From NCBI GenBank assembly GCA_030747595.1, contig JASLKK010000001.1, positions 242,133 through 306,132 on the forward strand: 64,000 nucleotides of DNA, written 5' to 3'. The DNA comes from Acidimicrobiales bacterium (GTDB lineage: Bacteria > Actinomycetota > Acidimicrobiia > Acidimicrobiales > MedAcidi-G1). Position numbers and translations under genes: made by a program. Under the pieces are notes generated by a model. It saw nothing but the letters and a program-made list of their open reading frames with translations. It did not search any database and had not been told where the DNA came from. Below, piece after piece: positions 27,916-38,065 of the stretch. Numbering within the stretch: position 1 is the stretch's first letter; the number at the start of each line of letters is the position of its first letter.

Positions 27916-30533
27916 CCGAGATGACCGAGACGCCAATCCCGGAAGGATCGCCCGGAGGACCGGGAGAGGCCCCGGACAGCGGGCCCGACGAGACGGCCAG
28001 CCCCGTGGCGGCCCTGATCCGACGGGTACCGCTGACCCGCTGGGTGGACCTCCTCATCGTCCTCGGAGGCGTCTGGTTCGTGCTCTGGGTGGTGAATCCG
28101 GACGGCGTACTGTTCACCCGCTCTACCCCCACCGGCGGCGACCTCGGCGCCCACGTGTGGGGGCCGGCATTCCTCCGCGACGAGTTGCTGCCCCGGTTTC
28201 GCCTGACCGGATGGACACCTGACTGGTACGCCGGATTCCCCGCCTACCACTTCTACATGGTGGTTCCCATGCTGCTGGTGGTGGCCGTCGACGTGGGGTT
28301 GGCCACCCCGTTGCTGGCCGTGGTGCTGCCCGTCCTGCTGGCCGCCGGGGTGGTGGTGCACCGACACCGCCTGCCGGGCTGGCCGGTGCGGCTGGGCCTG
28401 CTGGCCGCGCTGGTGGTCCTCGTCGTGCCGGTCCACTACGGCATGGCCGTCAAGTGGGTCACCGTGGCCGGCCTGGTGGTCATGCCGGTGGCCGGATGGG
28501 CGGCCGGTCGACTGGCCGGGCTCCCGTTCCCGGGTCCCGCGCTCACGTCGGTAGCCACCCTCCCGTTCCTGTTCGACCAGTCGTTCAACATCATGGGCGG
28601 AAACCTGATGTCGACCATGGCGGGCGAATTCGCCTACGCCCTCGCCATGGCGGCCTGCCTCGTGTACCTGGGCCTCCTAGTTCGGGGCATGGAGACCGGT
28701 CGGGGCCGCGCTCCGGCAGCCGCCGTACTTGCGTTGACCGGACTGTGCCATCTGCTGGTGGCGTTCTTCGCCCTGGTGGCGTCGCTGGTTGCCTTTGCTC
28801 TGCGTCCCAGTCGACAGGCCCTGCGGTGGTTGGTGACCACCGGTCTGGTGTCCGGGCTCTGCGCGGCGTTCTGGGTTCTGCCGTTCTGGTGGCGTCGGGA
28901 CCACCTCAACGACATGGCGTGGCACAAACTCACCCGCTTCCGGTCGTACCTCTGGGACCGGGGTGACCTGGCCGCCGACTTCCTGAGCAATGATCCACCG
29001 CTCCAGCCGGCCATCGTGCTGGCCGTCGTGGGCCTGGTGCTGTCGGTGGCCTTCCGCCGACGCTTCGGATTCGTCCTGGCCGGATCGGCGGTTCTGCTCG
29101 GACTGGCCTTCGTGCACCTGCCGGAGGGCCGCCTCTACAACGGCCGGATCCTGCCCGCCTACTACCTGAGCATCTACCTGCTGGCCGCGGTCGCCCTGTC
29201 GGAGGGACTGCGCCTCGCGGGCCGACTACTCGACGGAGTCCGACGATCTGCCACCGGACGGCCGGGCCGTCTGGTGGCCGGGGGAGGGGCCGTCGCCGTG
29301 TTCCTGGCGGTGGTGATCCTGCTCGGGATGCCCCTGCGGGTCATGCCTGGTGGGTCCATGGACGGCAACACCTACCGGTGGATGGGCATGGAATCGACCG
29401 AACTGAACCTCGGTCGGCCGTGGGTCCGCTGGAACTTCGAGGGCTACGAGGCCCGGGTCGGCGACTCGTCGGGTGGTGGCTGGGAGGAACAGCGGGAGTT
29501 GGCCTCCACCATGGAGAACCTGGCCGACGAGGTGGGTTGCGGCCGTCTCATGTGGGAGTACAGCAGCGACCTGGTTCGGTACGGGACGCCCATGGCCCTG
29601 ATGCTCCTGCCTCACTGGACCGACGGTTGCATCGGTTCCATGGAAGGCCTCTACTTCGAGGCTTCGACCACCACGCCGTACCACTTTCTCGTCCAGTCGG
29701 AACTCTCGGAGGGGCCGTCGCGAGCCCAGCGTGGCCTTCCGTACCGGGGCTTTGACCTAGACGCCGGCGCGGACCACCTCCGGCAACTCGGCGTACGGTG
29801 GTACTCGGCCTTCTCGGAGCGGGCCGTGCGCGAAGCGAGGGACCACCCGGGCCTGGTCGAGAAGGCGTCCAGCGGGCCGTGGACCATCTTCGAGGTGGAG
29901 GGCGCCGAAGCCGTGGTGGCCCTCGACGTGGAGCCGGCGGTGTTCACCGACGTGGATCACGAGAGCTGGCTGGATCCGTCGGTGGAGGTCTTCCAGCAGG
30001 GTTCGACCGCTGTTCCGCGAACGGTCGGTGGCCCCGGGTCGTGGCAACGAGTGGAAGCCGGAACCGAACCGGAACGTCGGCCGCTGCCCGCTGTCGAGGT
30101 CACAAACGTCGTGAGCGGGGTGGACTCGGTGTCATTTCGCGTCGACCGGGTCGGCGTACCGGTGCTAGTCCGCACGTCCTATTTCCCCAACTGGAAGGTG
30201 GAGGGTGCCGACGGTCCGTGGCGGACCACGCCGAACCTGATGGTGGTGGTCCCGACGTCCGAAGACGTCCGTCTGACCTACGGTCGAACGCCGGTCGCTG
30301 TGGTCTCGGTCCTGTTGACCCGCGTCGGACTACTGGCCCTGGTGTCTCTGGCCCGCCGGTCGGCCGTTCCTTCTGAACCGGCAACACCGGAGAACGCATT
30401 GTTCGACGTAGCGGCCGCTGGCCCCGACGGTGACCGGCGGCTGGACCGATGGGTGGATCGCCGGGTAGCCAACGAGCCTTCGGAGGAACCGGAGAGTTCG
30501 GAGTCGGCGGCCGGGGAGCACGGCGAGTCATGA
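27912..30533 (+). CDS. Large polytopic membrane protein with a roughly 350-aa extracytoplasmic C-terminal domain; GT-C-like putative glycosyltransferase
   Basis: The ATG at 27912 overlaps the CPBP stop (ATGA). About 12 or more hydrophobic helices. An early loop reads TPTGGDLGAHVWGP...TPDWYAGFPAYHFYMV. The C-terminal soluble part contains WNFEGYE and LPHWTDGCIGSMEGLYFE. The fold assignment is an inference. Confidence 0.7.
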   Translation: MTEMTETPIPEGSPGGPGEAPDSGPDETASPVAALIRRVPLTRWVDLLIVLGGVWFVLWVVNPDGVLFTRSTPTGGDLGAHVWGPAFLRDELLPRFRLTGWTPDWYAGFPAYHFYMVVPMLLVVAVDVGLATPLLAVVLPVLLAAGVVVHRHRLPGWPVRLGLLAALVVLVVPVHYGMAVKWVTVAGLVVMPVAGWAAGRLAGLPFPGPALTSVATLPFLFDQSFNIMGGNLMSTMAGEFAYALAMAACLVYLGLLVRGMETGRGRAPAAAVLALTGLCHLLVAFFALVASLVAFALRPSRQALRWLVTTGLVSGLCAAFWVLPFWWRRDHLNDMAWHKLTRFRSYLWDRGDLAADFLSNDPPLQPAIVLAVVGLVLSVAFRRRFGFVLAGSAVLLGLAFVHLPEGRLYNGRILPAYYLSIYLLAAVALSEGLRLAGRLLDGVRRSATGRPGRLVAGGGAVAVFLAVVILLGMPLRVMPGGSMDGNTYRWMGMESTELNLGRPWVRWNFEGYEARVGDSSGGGWEEQRELASTMENLADEVGCGRLMWEYSSDLVRYGTPMALMLLPHWTDGCIGSMEGLYFEASTTTPYHFLVQSELSEGPSRAQRGLPYRGFDLDAGADHLRQLGVRWYSAFSERAVREARDHPGLVEKASSGPWTIFEVEGAEAVVALDVEPAVFTDVDHESWLDPSVEVFQQGSTAVPRTVGGPGSWQRVEAGTEPERRPLPAVEVTNVVSGVDSVSFRVDRVGVPVLVRTSYFPNWKVEGADGPWRTTPNLMVVVPTSEDVRLTYGRTPVAVVSVLLTRVGLLALVSLARRSAVPSEPATPENALFDVAAAGPDGDRRLDRWVDRRVANEPSEEPESSESAAGEHGES

Positions 30534-33127
30534 GGGAACGTCTCCGTCGGTTTGCGGTCGTCGGCCTGGTGGCAACGACGATCGACGTCGGCCTGGCCGT
30601 CCTCCTGCTGGGAGCTGGTTGGTCTCCGTGGTCGGCCGATGTCGTGGCTCTGGGTCTGGCCGCCGTGGCAGCCCGCCTGCTGCACCGGTCGGTGACGCTT
30701 CGCGACGACCCGTACGCCCGCTGGATCCGCCTCAAGCGGGTCTTCGTCACGGTCGTCGTGGTGGCCGGGCTGGTCGATCTCGCCACCCTCACGGCCGGTC
30801 GAACCCTGTTGGACGGAACTGACGCCGGTGGGTCCGAAGATTGGCGGATCGACCTCGCTGCCAAGCTGGTCGCCGTACTGGTGGCCGGCCTGGTGCGAGC
30901 GGTGGCCTACCGGGCGTTCCTGTTCCGCGTGATCCGGCGGGAACAGGACCATCCGTCGGAACGACCTCCTCCGGCCGGTGACGTGCGGGTGACCGTCGTG
31001 CTTCCCGCCTACCGGGAGTCCGACCGGATCGCCGAGACGGTCGCCCGGGTGCGAACTGAGCTAGCCGTCGCGCTCGCCGAGGCCGATGGTCAGACCGAGG
31101 TGGTGGTCAATGACATCGAGGTAGTAGTGGTCGACGACGGATCGCCGGACGACACCGCGACGGTTGCCGAGGCAGCCGGAGCAGATCGGGTGGTCCGTTT
31201 GGATCGCAACCAGGGCAAGGGCGCAGCCGTGAGGGCTGGGGTCGCCGTCGCATCGGGTCGCACCGTGGTGTTCACCGACGCCGACCTGGCATACGGGCCC
31301 GCTCAGGCCGCGGCACTGGTGGCCCGGGTCGAAGAGGGATACGACCTCGTGGTGGGTAGCCGGCGACACACCGACACCACCACTCTGGTGCGGGCCGGCC
31401 GCCTTCGCGAGGTGGGTGGCCGGTTGGTGAACCTGACCACCCACGCATTGCTGCTAGGGCAGTACCGCGACACACAGTGTGGTCTCAAGGCCTTCCGGGC
31501 CGACGTCGCCCAGCCGCTCTTCGAGGCGTCGGTGCTGGGTGGCTTCGCCTTCGACGTCGAGTTGTTCCACCTGGCCGAGCGGTGGCGCCTCACCCTGGCC
31601 GAAGTGCCCGTAGAGGTCGAGAACTCGGAGCGGTCCACCGTCCGGGCGGTCCGCGACGGCTTACGCCTGGTCGCCGACCTCGTCCGCGTCCGCCAGCGGG
31701 CCCGACGCGGCGACTACCCCGAGGCGCCGACCTTTCGACCGCCGGGCAACAAGACCCGACTTTCAGAGACCCCTATTTTCAAGGCATACGACATCCGTGG
31801 ACGGGTGCCTGAGGAGTGGGACGAGTCGGTGGCCGAAGCCATCGGCCGGGGGTTCGCCAACCTGGTCCGACGTCGGGAACCCGAGAGCACTCAGGTCGTC
31901 GTGGGCCGCGACATGCGTCCCAGCGGCGTGTCCCTGGGAGCGGCCCTCATCCAGGGGATCACTGGTGAGGGCCTCGACGTCGTCGATGTGGGCCTGGCAT
32001 CCACCGACCTCGTCTACTTCGCGTCAGGCCACCTCTCGTCGCCCGCCGTGGTGCTCACAGCCAGCCACAATCCAGCCGGCTACAACGGCATGAAGTGCTG
32101 CCTCTCGGGCGCCGCCCCGCTGGGCTACGACAACGGCCTGAACGAAGTGGAGGCCGACGTCCTGGTCGGAACTCCACGAGGTGAACCGACCGGTGGCCCG
32201 CCGGGCAGCGTCCGCACCCTGGACATGCTCGACGTCTTCGTCGAGCATGTCCGGTCGTTCGCCGACCTCTCGGCACTACGACCGCTACATCTCGTGGTCG
32301 ATACGGCTAACGGCATGGGAGGCCTGGTCGTTCCGGCGGTGTTGGACGGCCTCCCGTTCACGGTGGACCACCTCTATCCGGAACTGGACGGGACCTTCCC
32401 CAACCATCCCGCCGATCCGATCCAGCCGGAAAACCTCCGCGACCTCCAGGCCCGGGTGCTGGCCACCGGCGCCGATCTGGGACTGGCCTTCGACGGTGAC
32501 GCCGACCGGGTCTTCCTGGTCGACGAACAGGCCCGCCCGATCTCGGGGTCGACAACCACCGCACTGGTGGCCCGGGGGGTCCTACGGCGTGAACCCGGTG
32601 CGACCATCCTCCACAACCTCATCTGCTCGAAGGCCGTGCCCGAAGTGGTCGCCGAGGAGGGAGGGGTCGCCCTACGGACCCGGGTCGGCCACTCTCTCAT
32701 CAAGCAGGCCATGGCCACCGAGGGGGCGGCCTTTGCCGGCGAACACTCCGGGCACTACTACTTCCGCGACAACTTCCGGGCCGACAGCGGGATCATTGCC
32801 GTCCTTGTCGTCCTCGAGGCCCTCTCCACCCACGGCGGACCGATGAGCGACCTGGTCGCCCCCCTGGAGAGGTATGGGGCATCTGGCGAGCGCAACACCG
32901 AAGTGGATGACCCAAAGGAGGTCATCGAACGAGTGGCCGCCCACTACCGCACCGAGGCCCCCGAGGCCGACCAGGACCGCCTCGACGGGTTGACCGTCGA
33001 CTTCGGCGACTGGTGGTTCAACCTGCGACCCTCCAACACCGAACCGCTCCTACGTCTCAACGTTGAGGCGGCCAACGCCGAGGCGTGCGCGGTCCGGGTC
33101 GACGAGGTCCAAAGCCTGTTTACCTAG
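30530..33127 (+). CDS. Tri-domain fusion: GtrA-like membrane module + GT2 polyprenyl-phosphate glycosyltransferase + phosphomannomutase/phosphoglucomutase
   Basis: The ATG at 30530 overlaps the upstream stop (ATGA). aa 1-140: RRFAVVGLVATTIDVGLAVLLL plus 3 further helices. aa 150-400: VTVVLPAYRESDRIAETV, VVVVDDGSPDDT, VFTDADLAY, RDTQCGLKAF. aa 416-865: IFKAYDIRG, TASHNPAGYNGMK, AFDGDADRVFLVDE, GEHSGHYYF, RPSNTEPLLRL. There is no stop between the domains. Confidence 0.85.
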   Translation: MRERLRRFAVVGLVATTIDVGLAVLLLGAGWSPWSADVVALGLAAVAARLLHRSVTLRDDPYARWIRLKRVFVTVVVVAGLVDLATLTAGRTLLDGTDAGGSEDWRIDLAAKLVAVLVAGLVRAVAYRAFLFRVIRREQDHPSERPPPAGDVRVTVVLPAYRESDRIAETVARVRTELAVALAEADGQTEVVVNDIEVVVVDDGSPDDTATVAEAAGADRVVRLDRNQGKGAAVRAGVAVASGRTVVFTDADLAYGPAQAAALVARVEEGYDLVVGSRRHTDTTTLVRAGRLREVGGRLVNLTTHALLLGQYRDTQCGLKAFRADVAQPLFEASVLGGFAFDVELFHLAERWRLTLAEVPVEVENSERSTVRAVRDGLRLVADLVRVRQRARRGDYPEAPTFRPPGNKTRLSETPIFKAYDIRGRVPEEWDESVAEAIGRGFANLVRRREPESTQVVVGRDMRPSGVSLGAALIQGITGEGLDVVDVGLASTDLVYFASGHLSSPAVVLTASHNPAGYNGMKCCLSGAAPLGYDNGLNEVEADVLVGTPRGEPTGGPPGSVRTLDMLDVFVEHVRSFADLSALRPLHLVVDTANGMGGLVVPAVLDGLPFTVDHLYPELDGTFPNHPADPIQPENLRDLQARVLATGADLGLAFDGDADRVFLVDEQARPISGSTTTALVARGVLRREPGATILHNLICSKAVPEVVAEEGGVALRTRVGHSLIKQAMATEGAAFAGEHSGHYYFRDNFRADSGIIAVLVVLEALSTHGGPMSDLVAPLERYGASGERNTEVDDPKEVIERVAAHYRTEAPEADQDRLDGLTVDFGDWWFNLRPSNTEPLLRLNVEAANAEACAVRVDEVQSLFT

Positions 33128-33224
33128 CGGCATCCCGGTGAACGGAACCCTTCCAACAGTCGCCGGGCGGGTGTCACCGCTGTCGCGACCAATAGCCTGA
33201 GGCAATGATGTCTGGCCTGACGAA

Positions 33225-33461
33225 ATGACGCTCGATCCGAAGCTCCTAGAGATCCTTGCCTGCCCGGAGGACAAGGGCCCGCTGCTCTGGTTCGCCGACG
33301 AGGACGCGTTGTACAACCCCCGACTGCAGCGCCGGTACGCGGTACGGGACGGCATCCCGGTGATGCTGGTCGACGAGGCCGAACAGGTCGACGACGCCGA
33401 GCACGACCGGCTCACCGCTCTGGCGGCCGCCGAGGGCATCCAGCCGACCTTCGGGGACTGA
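33225..33461 (+). CDS. Trm112 family small protein
   Basis: 78 aa. LLEILACPEDKGPL ... YAVRDGIPVMLVDEA, typical of the Trm112/DUF343 family (the variant without the four-Cys zinc site). Confidence 0.8.
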   Translation: MTLDPKLLEILACPEDKGPLLWFADEDALYNPRLQRRYAVRDGIPVMLVDEAEQVDDAEHDRLTALAAAEGIQPTFGD

Positions 33462-33527
33462 CCTCCCCGGTCACGACCTGGCCCCGTCTGCACGCCCTCT
33501 TCTCTACGGCCTGTCCGGAAGCGACCC

Positions 33528-34658
33528 ATGGACCTGCTCGACGGTGTGATCCGGTCCTACGACTGGGGATCCACCACCGCGCTGGCCGACCTGCGTGGCG
33601 TCGCTCCCAGTGGCGTGCCGGAGGCCGAGTTGTGGTTCGGCGCCCACCCGTCTGGCCCCTCGACCTTCCGCGGCGACGGTCGCGACGTGACGGCGGACGA
33701 GATGCCGTTCCTGGTCAAGGTGCTGGCCGTGGAGCGGCCGCTCTCTCTCCAGGCCCATCCCGACCAACAGGCGGCCGTGGTCGGACACCGGCGAGAGGAC
33801 GAAGCCGGACTGGCGACCGAAGATCCTCAGCGGTGCTTTCCCGACGCCTGTGCCAAACCGGAGATGGTGTGTGCAATCGGGCGGTTCGAGACCCTCTGCG
33901 GGTTCCGGCCGGTCGACGAGGCGGTGGCCGCGGGGACGGCGCTGGGGCTACCGGAAGCGGTCGTCGACGCCATCCGGCGGGTCGACTGGCCAACCGTGGT
34001 GGCTGCCGTCCTGGCGTCCACGCCCGATGACCTAGCGGACCTTCTCTCGGCCGCCCACGGGATCGCAACCAGCGCGCCGTCCAGTGAGGCGCACCGCCCT
34101 GCCGCCGAGATGGTTCTGCGGCTGGCCGAACTGCATCCGGGAGACCCCGCGCTGTTGCTCGTCCCGCTGCTACGTCATCTGGTGCTAGCCGACGGTGATG
34201 CCCTGTTCGTGGCTCCCGGTGTCCTGCACGCCCACCTCTCGGGACTGGCTGTCGAGGTCATGGCCGTCTCCGACGACGTGGTCCGGGCCGGGCTAACCAG
34301 CAAGCACGTGGACCCGACCGCTCTGGCCGAAGTGCTCCGCTCCGACCGGGTCGACGTCGTGGAGTCACCGACCGGCCCGGTCCACCGGTACGCAGCCGGC
34401 CAGACGGAGGACCAGATCAGCGAGGTCGGCGCCGTTTTATGGCGGCTGGCCGGCGATGGGCTCGACGTCGACCTGTCCGACCGTCGTGGCCCCGAACTGG
34501 TGATCTGCACGCAGGGCACAGCGCTGATCGGTACGCCGGGCGACGGTCCCGATCTTGTCGTCGGGAGCGGTGAGGCAACCTGGATCGGACCGGATGACGG
34601 CCCGGCCCGGATGAGGGTGGACGGCACCGTCCATCGGGTGACCGTGGGGGAGGGTTGA
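33528..34658 (+). CDS. manA: Mannose-6-phosphate isomerase, class I
   Basis: YDWGS, ELWFGAHP, PFLVKVLAVERPLSLQAHPD, and VAPGVLHAH. Confidence 0.9.
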   Translation: MDLLDGVIRSYDWGSTTALADLRGVAPSGVPEAELWFGAHPSGPSTFRGDGRDVTADEMPFLVKVLAVERPLSLQAHPDQQAAVVGHRREDEAGLATEDPQRCFPDACAKPEMVCAIGRFETLCGFRPVDEAVAAGTALGLPEAVVDAIRRVDWPTVVAAVLASTPDDLADLLSAAHGIATSAPSSEAHRPAAEMVLRLAELHPGDPALLLVPLLRHLVLADGDALFVAPGVLHAHLSGLAVEVMAVSDDVVRAGLTSKHVDPTALAEVLRSDRVDVVESPTGPVHRYAAGQTEDQISEVGAVLWRLAGDGLDVDLSDRRGPELVICTQGTALIGTPGDGPDLVVGSGEATWIGPDDGPARMRVDGTVHRVTVGEG

Positions 34659-35009
34659 GCAGTGCCACGAACGGGTGAATCTGGCGGGGAACATCTCGCA
34701 AAAGCGCACGCCTCACCGGACGGTGACTTGGCGCCCCCGACGGCATTGGTGCGCAAAGCCCGCCCGACGACCGGCCGACATCGGAGGTAGGGCTGGTCGC
34801 GCTCCGGGCCTGGAGTAGCGGGTGTGACACCCGGGCGATCCGATTCATCCGGTGGTGTCCGGTAGCCTGCAAATACCGTGGCTGCCTGAATTGGCGTCAG
34901 AAGACCCCAGCCCGGCTTCGTCCAGAAACCTGATCTCCCCATCGTCCGGGCTGGCCCTGACCGGTGGGTGGATCCGACCACATGGCACCTCGCGTGCCAG
35001 GGAGCCGAC

Positions 35010-36467
<1,458 letters not shown>

Positions 36468-36487
36468 GCCGCCCACCAGTTGGCCGG

Positions 36488-37183
36488 ATGCCTCCAGGTA
36501 CCGGGCCGTTGGCCGTTGGCCGTGCCGGACCTGTCCCCCTAGGCTTGACTCCCGTGCGGAGCGCGGTGCTGGGCCTGGCCGGAGGTAGTGGAGCGGGGAA
36601 GACCACGCTGGTCAACGGCCTCACGTCCCGCCTCGGCGACGACGCGTCGGTGCTGTGGTTCGACGAGTACTACCACGACCTCGCCCACCTGCCGGTCGAG
36701 CAGAGGGCCGTTGTCAACTACGACCATCCGGACTCGTTGGACGAGGCGCTGCTGATCGACCATCTCGACGGCCTGCTGGCCGGCCGGGCGGTCGACGTAC
36801 CGATCTACGACTTCGCCAGCCACACCCGGACCGGGCGGACCCGACGGGTGGAGCCTCGCCCCGTAGTGGTAGTCGACGGGATCCTGGTCCTGGCTGTGCC
36901 GGAACTGCGGCAACGTCTCGACCTGGCGGTCTTCGTGGATGCGCCGGCCGAGATCCGGCTGGCCCGTCGCATGGATCGAGACGTGCGTGAGCGTGGGCGA
37001 ACAGCGGCCATGGTGCAGTCCCAGTTCGAGGCGACCGTGGCGCCCATGCACGAAGCGTTCGTGGGACCGAGTGCCTTACACGCCGACCTGCATATGGACG
37101 GCACAGCAGACATGGTTGCGAACCTCGACACGCTGATGGGCGCGGTCGAACACCTGCATTCCAGCCACATGCAATCCAGCTAG
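36488..37183 (+). CDS. udk: Uridine kinase
   Basis: P-loop GLAGGSGAGKTT, NYDHPDSLD, and VVVDGILVL. The start is uncertain. The ATG at 36488 is the first ATG after the ahcY stop. The TTG near 36545 or the GTG near 36554 would give a more typical N-terminus. Confidence 0.85.
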   Translation: MPPGTGPLAVGRAGPVPLGLTPVRSAVLGLAGGSGAGKTTLVNGLTSRLGDDASVLWFDEYYHDLAHLPVEQRAVVNYDHPDSLDEALLIDHLDGLLAGRAVDVPIYDFASHTRTGRTRRVEPRPVVVVDGILVLAVPELRQRLDLAVFVDAPAEIRLARRMDRDVRERGRTAAMVQSQFEATVAPMHEAFVGPSALHADLHMDGTADMVANLDTLMGAVEHLHSSHMQSS

Positions 37184-37411
37184 CAGCGCCTCGGGCTGCG
37201 GGATGGGGACTTCACCGGGACGCTCGCACCTCGTCCGTCGCGTCCGGCCCATGACGGGCGAGGATCAGGTGTGGATGTCAGGGGACCCGGCGCCGGCAGT
37301 CGGTTCGTGCCGGGGTGAGGCCAGTCACCTCGTGCGGGCGTCGAGGCTCGTTGGCGACCCGCCCGCCTCGACGGGCTTCCGGGAGTACGGACCCCGGTAG
37401 ATTCCCTCACC

Positions 37412-37936
37412 GTGAACGAGACCACCGAACCCGTCGAGGAAGAACCCGTACCCGCCGACGGTGACGTTCGCGACGCACTTCCCGACGACCTAGACGCACG
37501 TGGTGCCGGGCTGGTCGGGCCCTACGTATTCCCCGACAACGACCGGCGACGGATCCCCGGGTTCATCTACCTGGTGTTGGCCGCGGTCACCGTTTGTGTT
37601 GCCACGCTGGCTGAAGGCTCGCCGCTGGTCGATGGAGGACTGGTCGCCGGAGCCATTGGCCTCGCCCTGGTGGGCCTGTACCACCTGCAGGCCGGCTGGA
37701 GCCTCAAGATCGACGAGGCTGACGCGCTGGTGGCGGCCGTGCGGGCCGTGGGCTTCCCCGTTGGTCACGCATCGGCCCAGATGGCCTGGCGCGGCCTACG
37801 GAGTCGTCCAACGTGGCGGGTTCTCGTGTATTCGAACGAATCGCCGCCCGAACGTCGCGGCCTGGTATTCGTCGACGGCATCGACGGCGAGATGGTTGCC
37901 GCCCACGTCGAGGACAATCCCGAAGACTGGTCCTGA
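37412..37936 (+). CDS. Hypothetical membrane protein (acidic N-terminus, two TM helices)
   Basis: 174-aa ORF with a GTG start and high GC3. Two hydrophobic helices (IPGFIYLVLAAVTVCVATLA; LVAGAIGLALVGLYHL). No motif recognised. Confidence 0.55.
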   Translation: MNETTEPVEEEPVPADGDVRDALPDDLDARGAGLVGPYVFPDNDRRRIPGFIYLVLAAVTVCVATLAEGSPLVDGGLVAGAIGLALVGLYHLQAGWSLKIDEADALVAAVRAVGFPVGHASAQMAWRGLRSRPTWRVLVYSNESPPERRGLVFVDGIDGEMVAAHVEDNPEDWS

Positions 37937-38065
37937 CCCGGCACCGAACCTGACGTGGTGGCCGATCCGTCATGCCCGGAAGCCCGCCGGTACCCCGAGG
38001 GTCGACCGTGACTCCGGTAACCTCTCGAGGTCTGGGACCCGCCGGGTCCAACAGGAGCAACCATC

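Noticed and set aside
27912-27929. Duplicated atgaccgag atgaccgag at the start of the GT-C-like gene (MTEMTE).
   Set aside because: It is a 9-bp in-frame duplication that merely offers two alternative ATG starts. There is no evidence of function beyond start-site ambiguity.
31650-31780. Possibility that the GT2-PMM junction is a frameshift/pseudogene artefact or two genes.
   Set aside because: The frame is continuous, both flanking domains are complete and in the same frame, and no start codon is available in the linker. An assembly indel that is a multiple of 3 and removes a stop cannot be excluded without reads.
34659-35009. SAH riboswitch or SAM-IV riboswitch upstream of ahcY.
   Set aside because: I looked for the conserved SAH-element strings (AGGAGCGCUGC ... 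AGGCUCGG ... GGCGCUC) and the SAM-IV core and did not find them. It is kept only as an unclassified structured leader (see findings). A covariance-model scan is needed.
37339-37373. 9-bp inverted repeat cgtcgaggc ... gcctcgacg (17-nt loop) in the udk to 37412 intergenic region.
   Set aside because: It is a single GC-rich stem with no U-tract, about 150 nt from the udk stop, and matches no known element. GC-rich inverted repeats of this size arise by chance in such genomes. The 65-aa ORF at 37203-37400 covering it also looks spurious.
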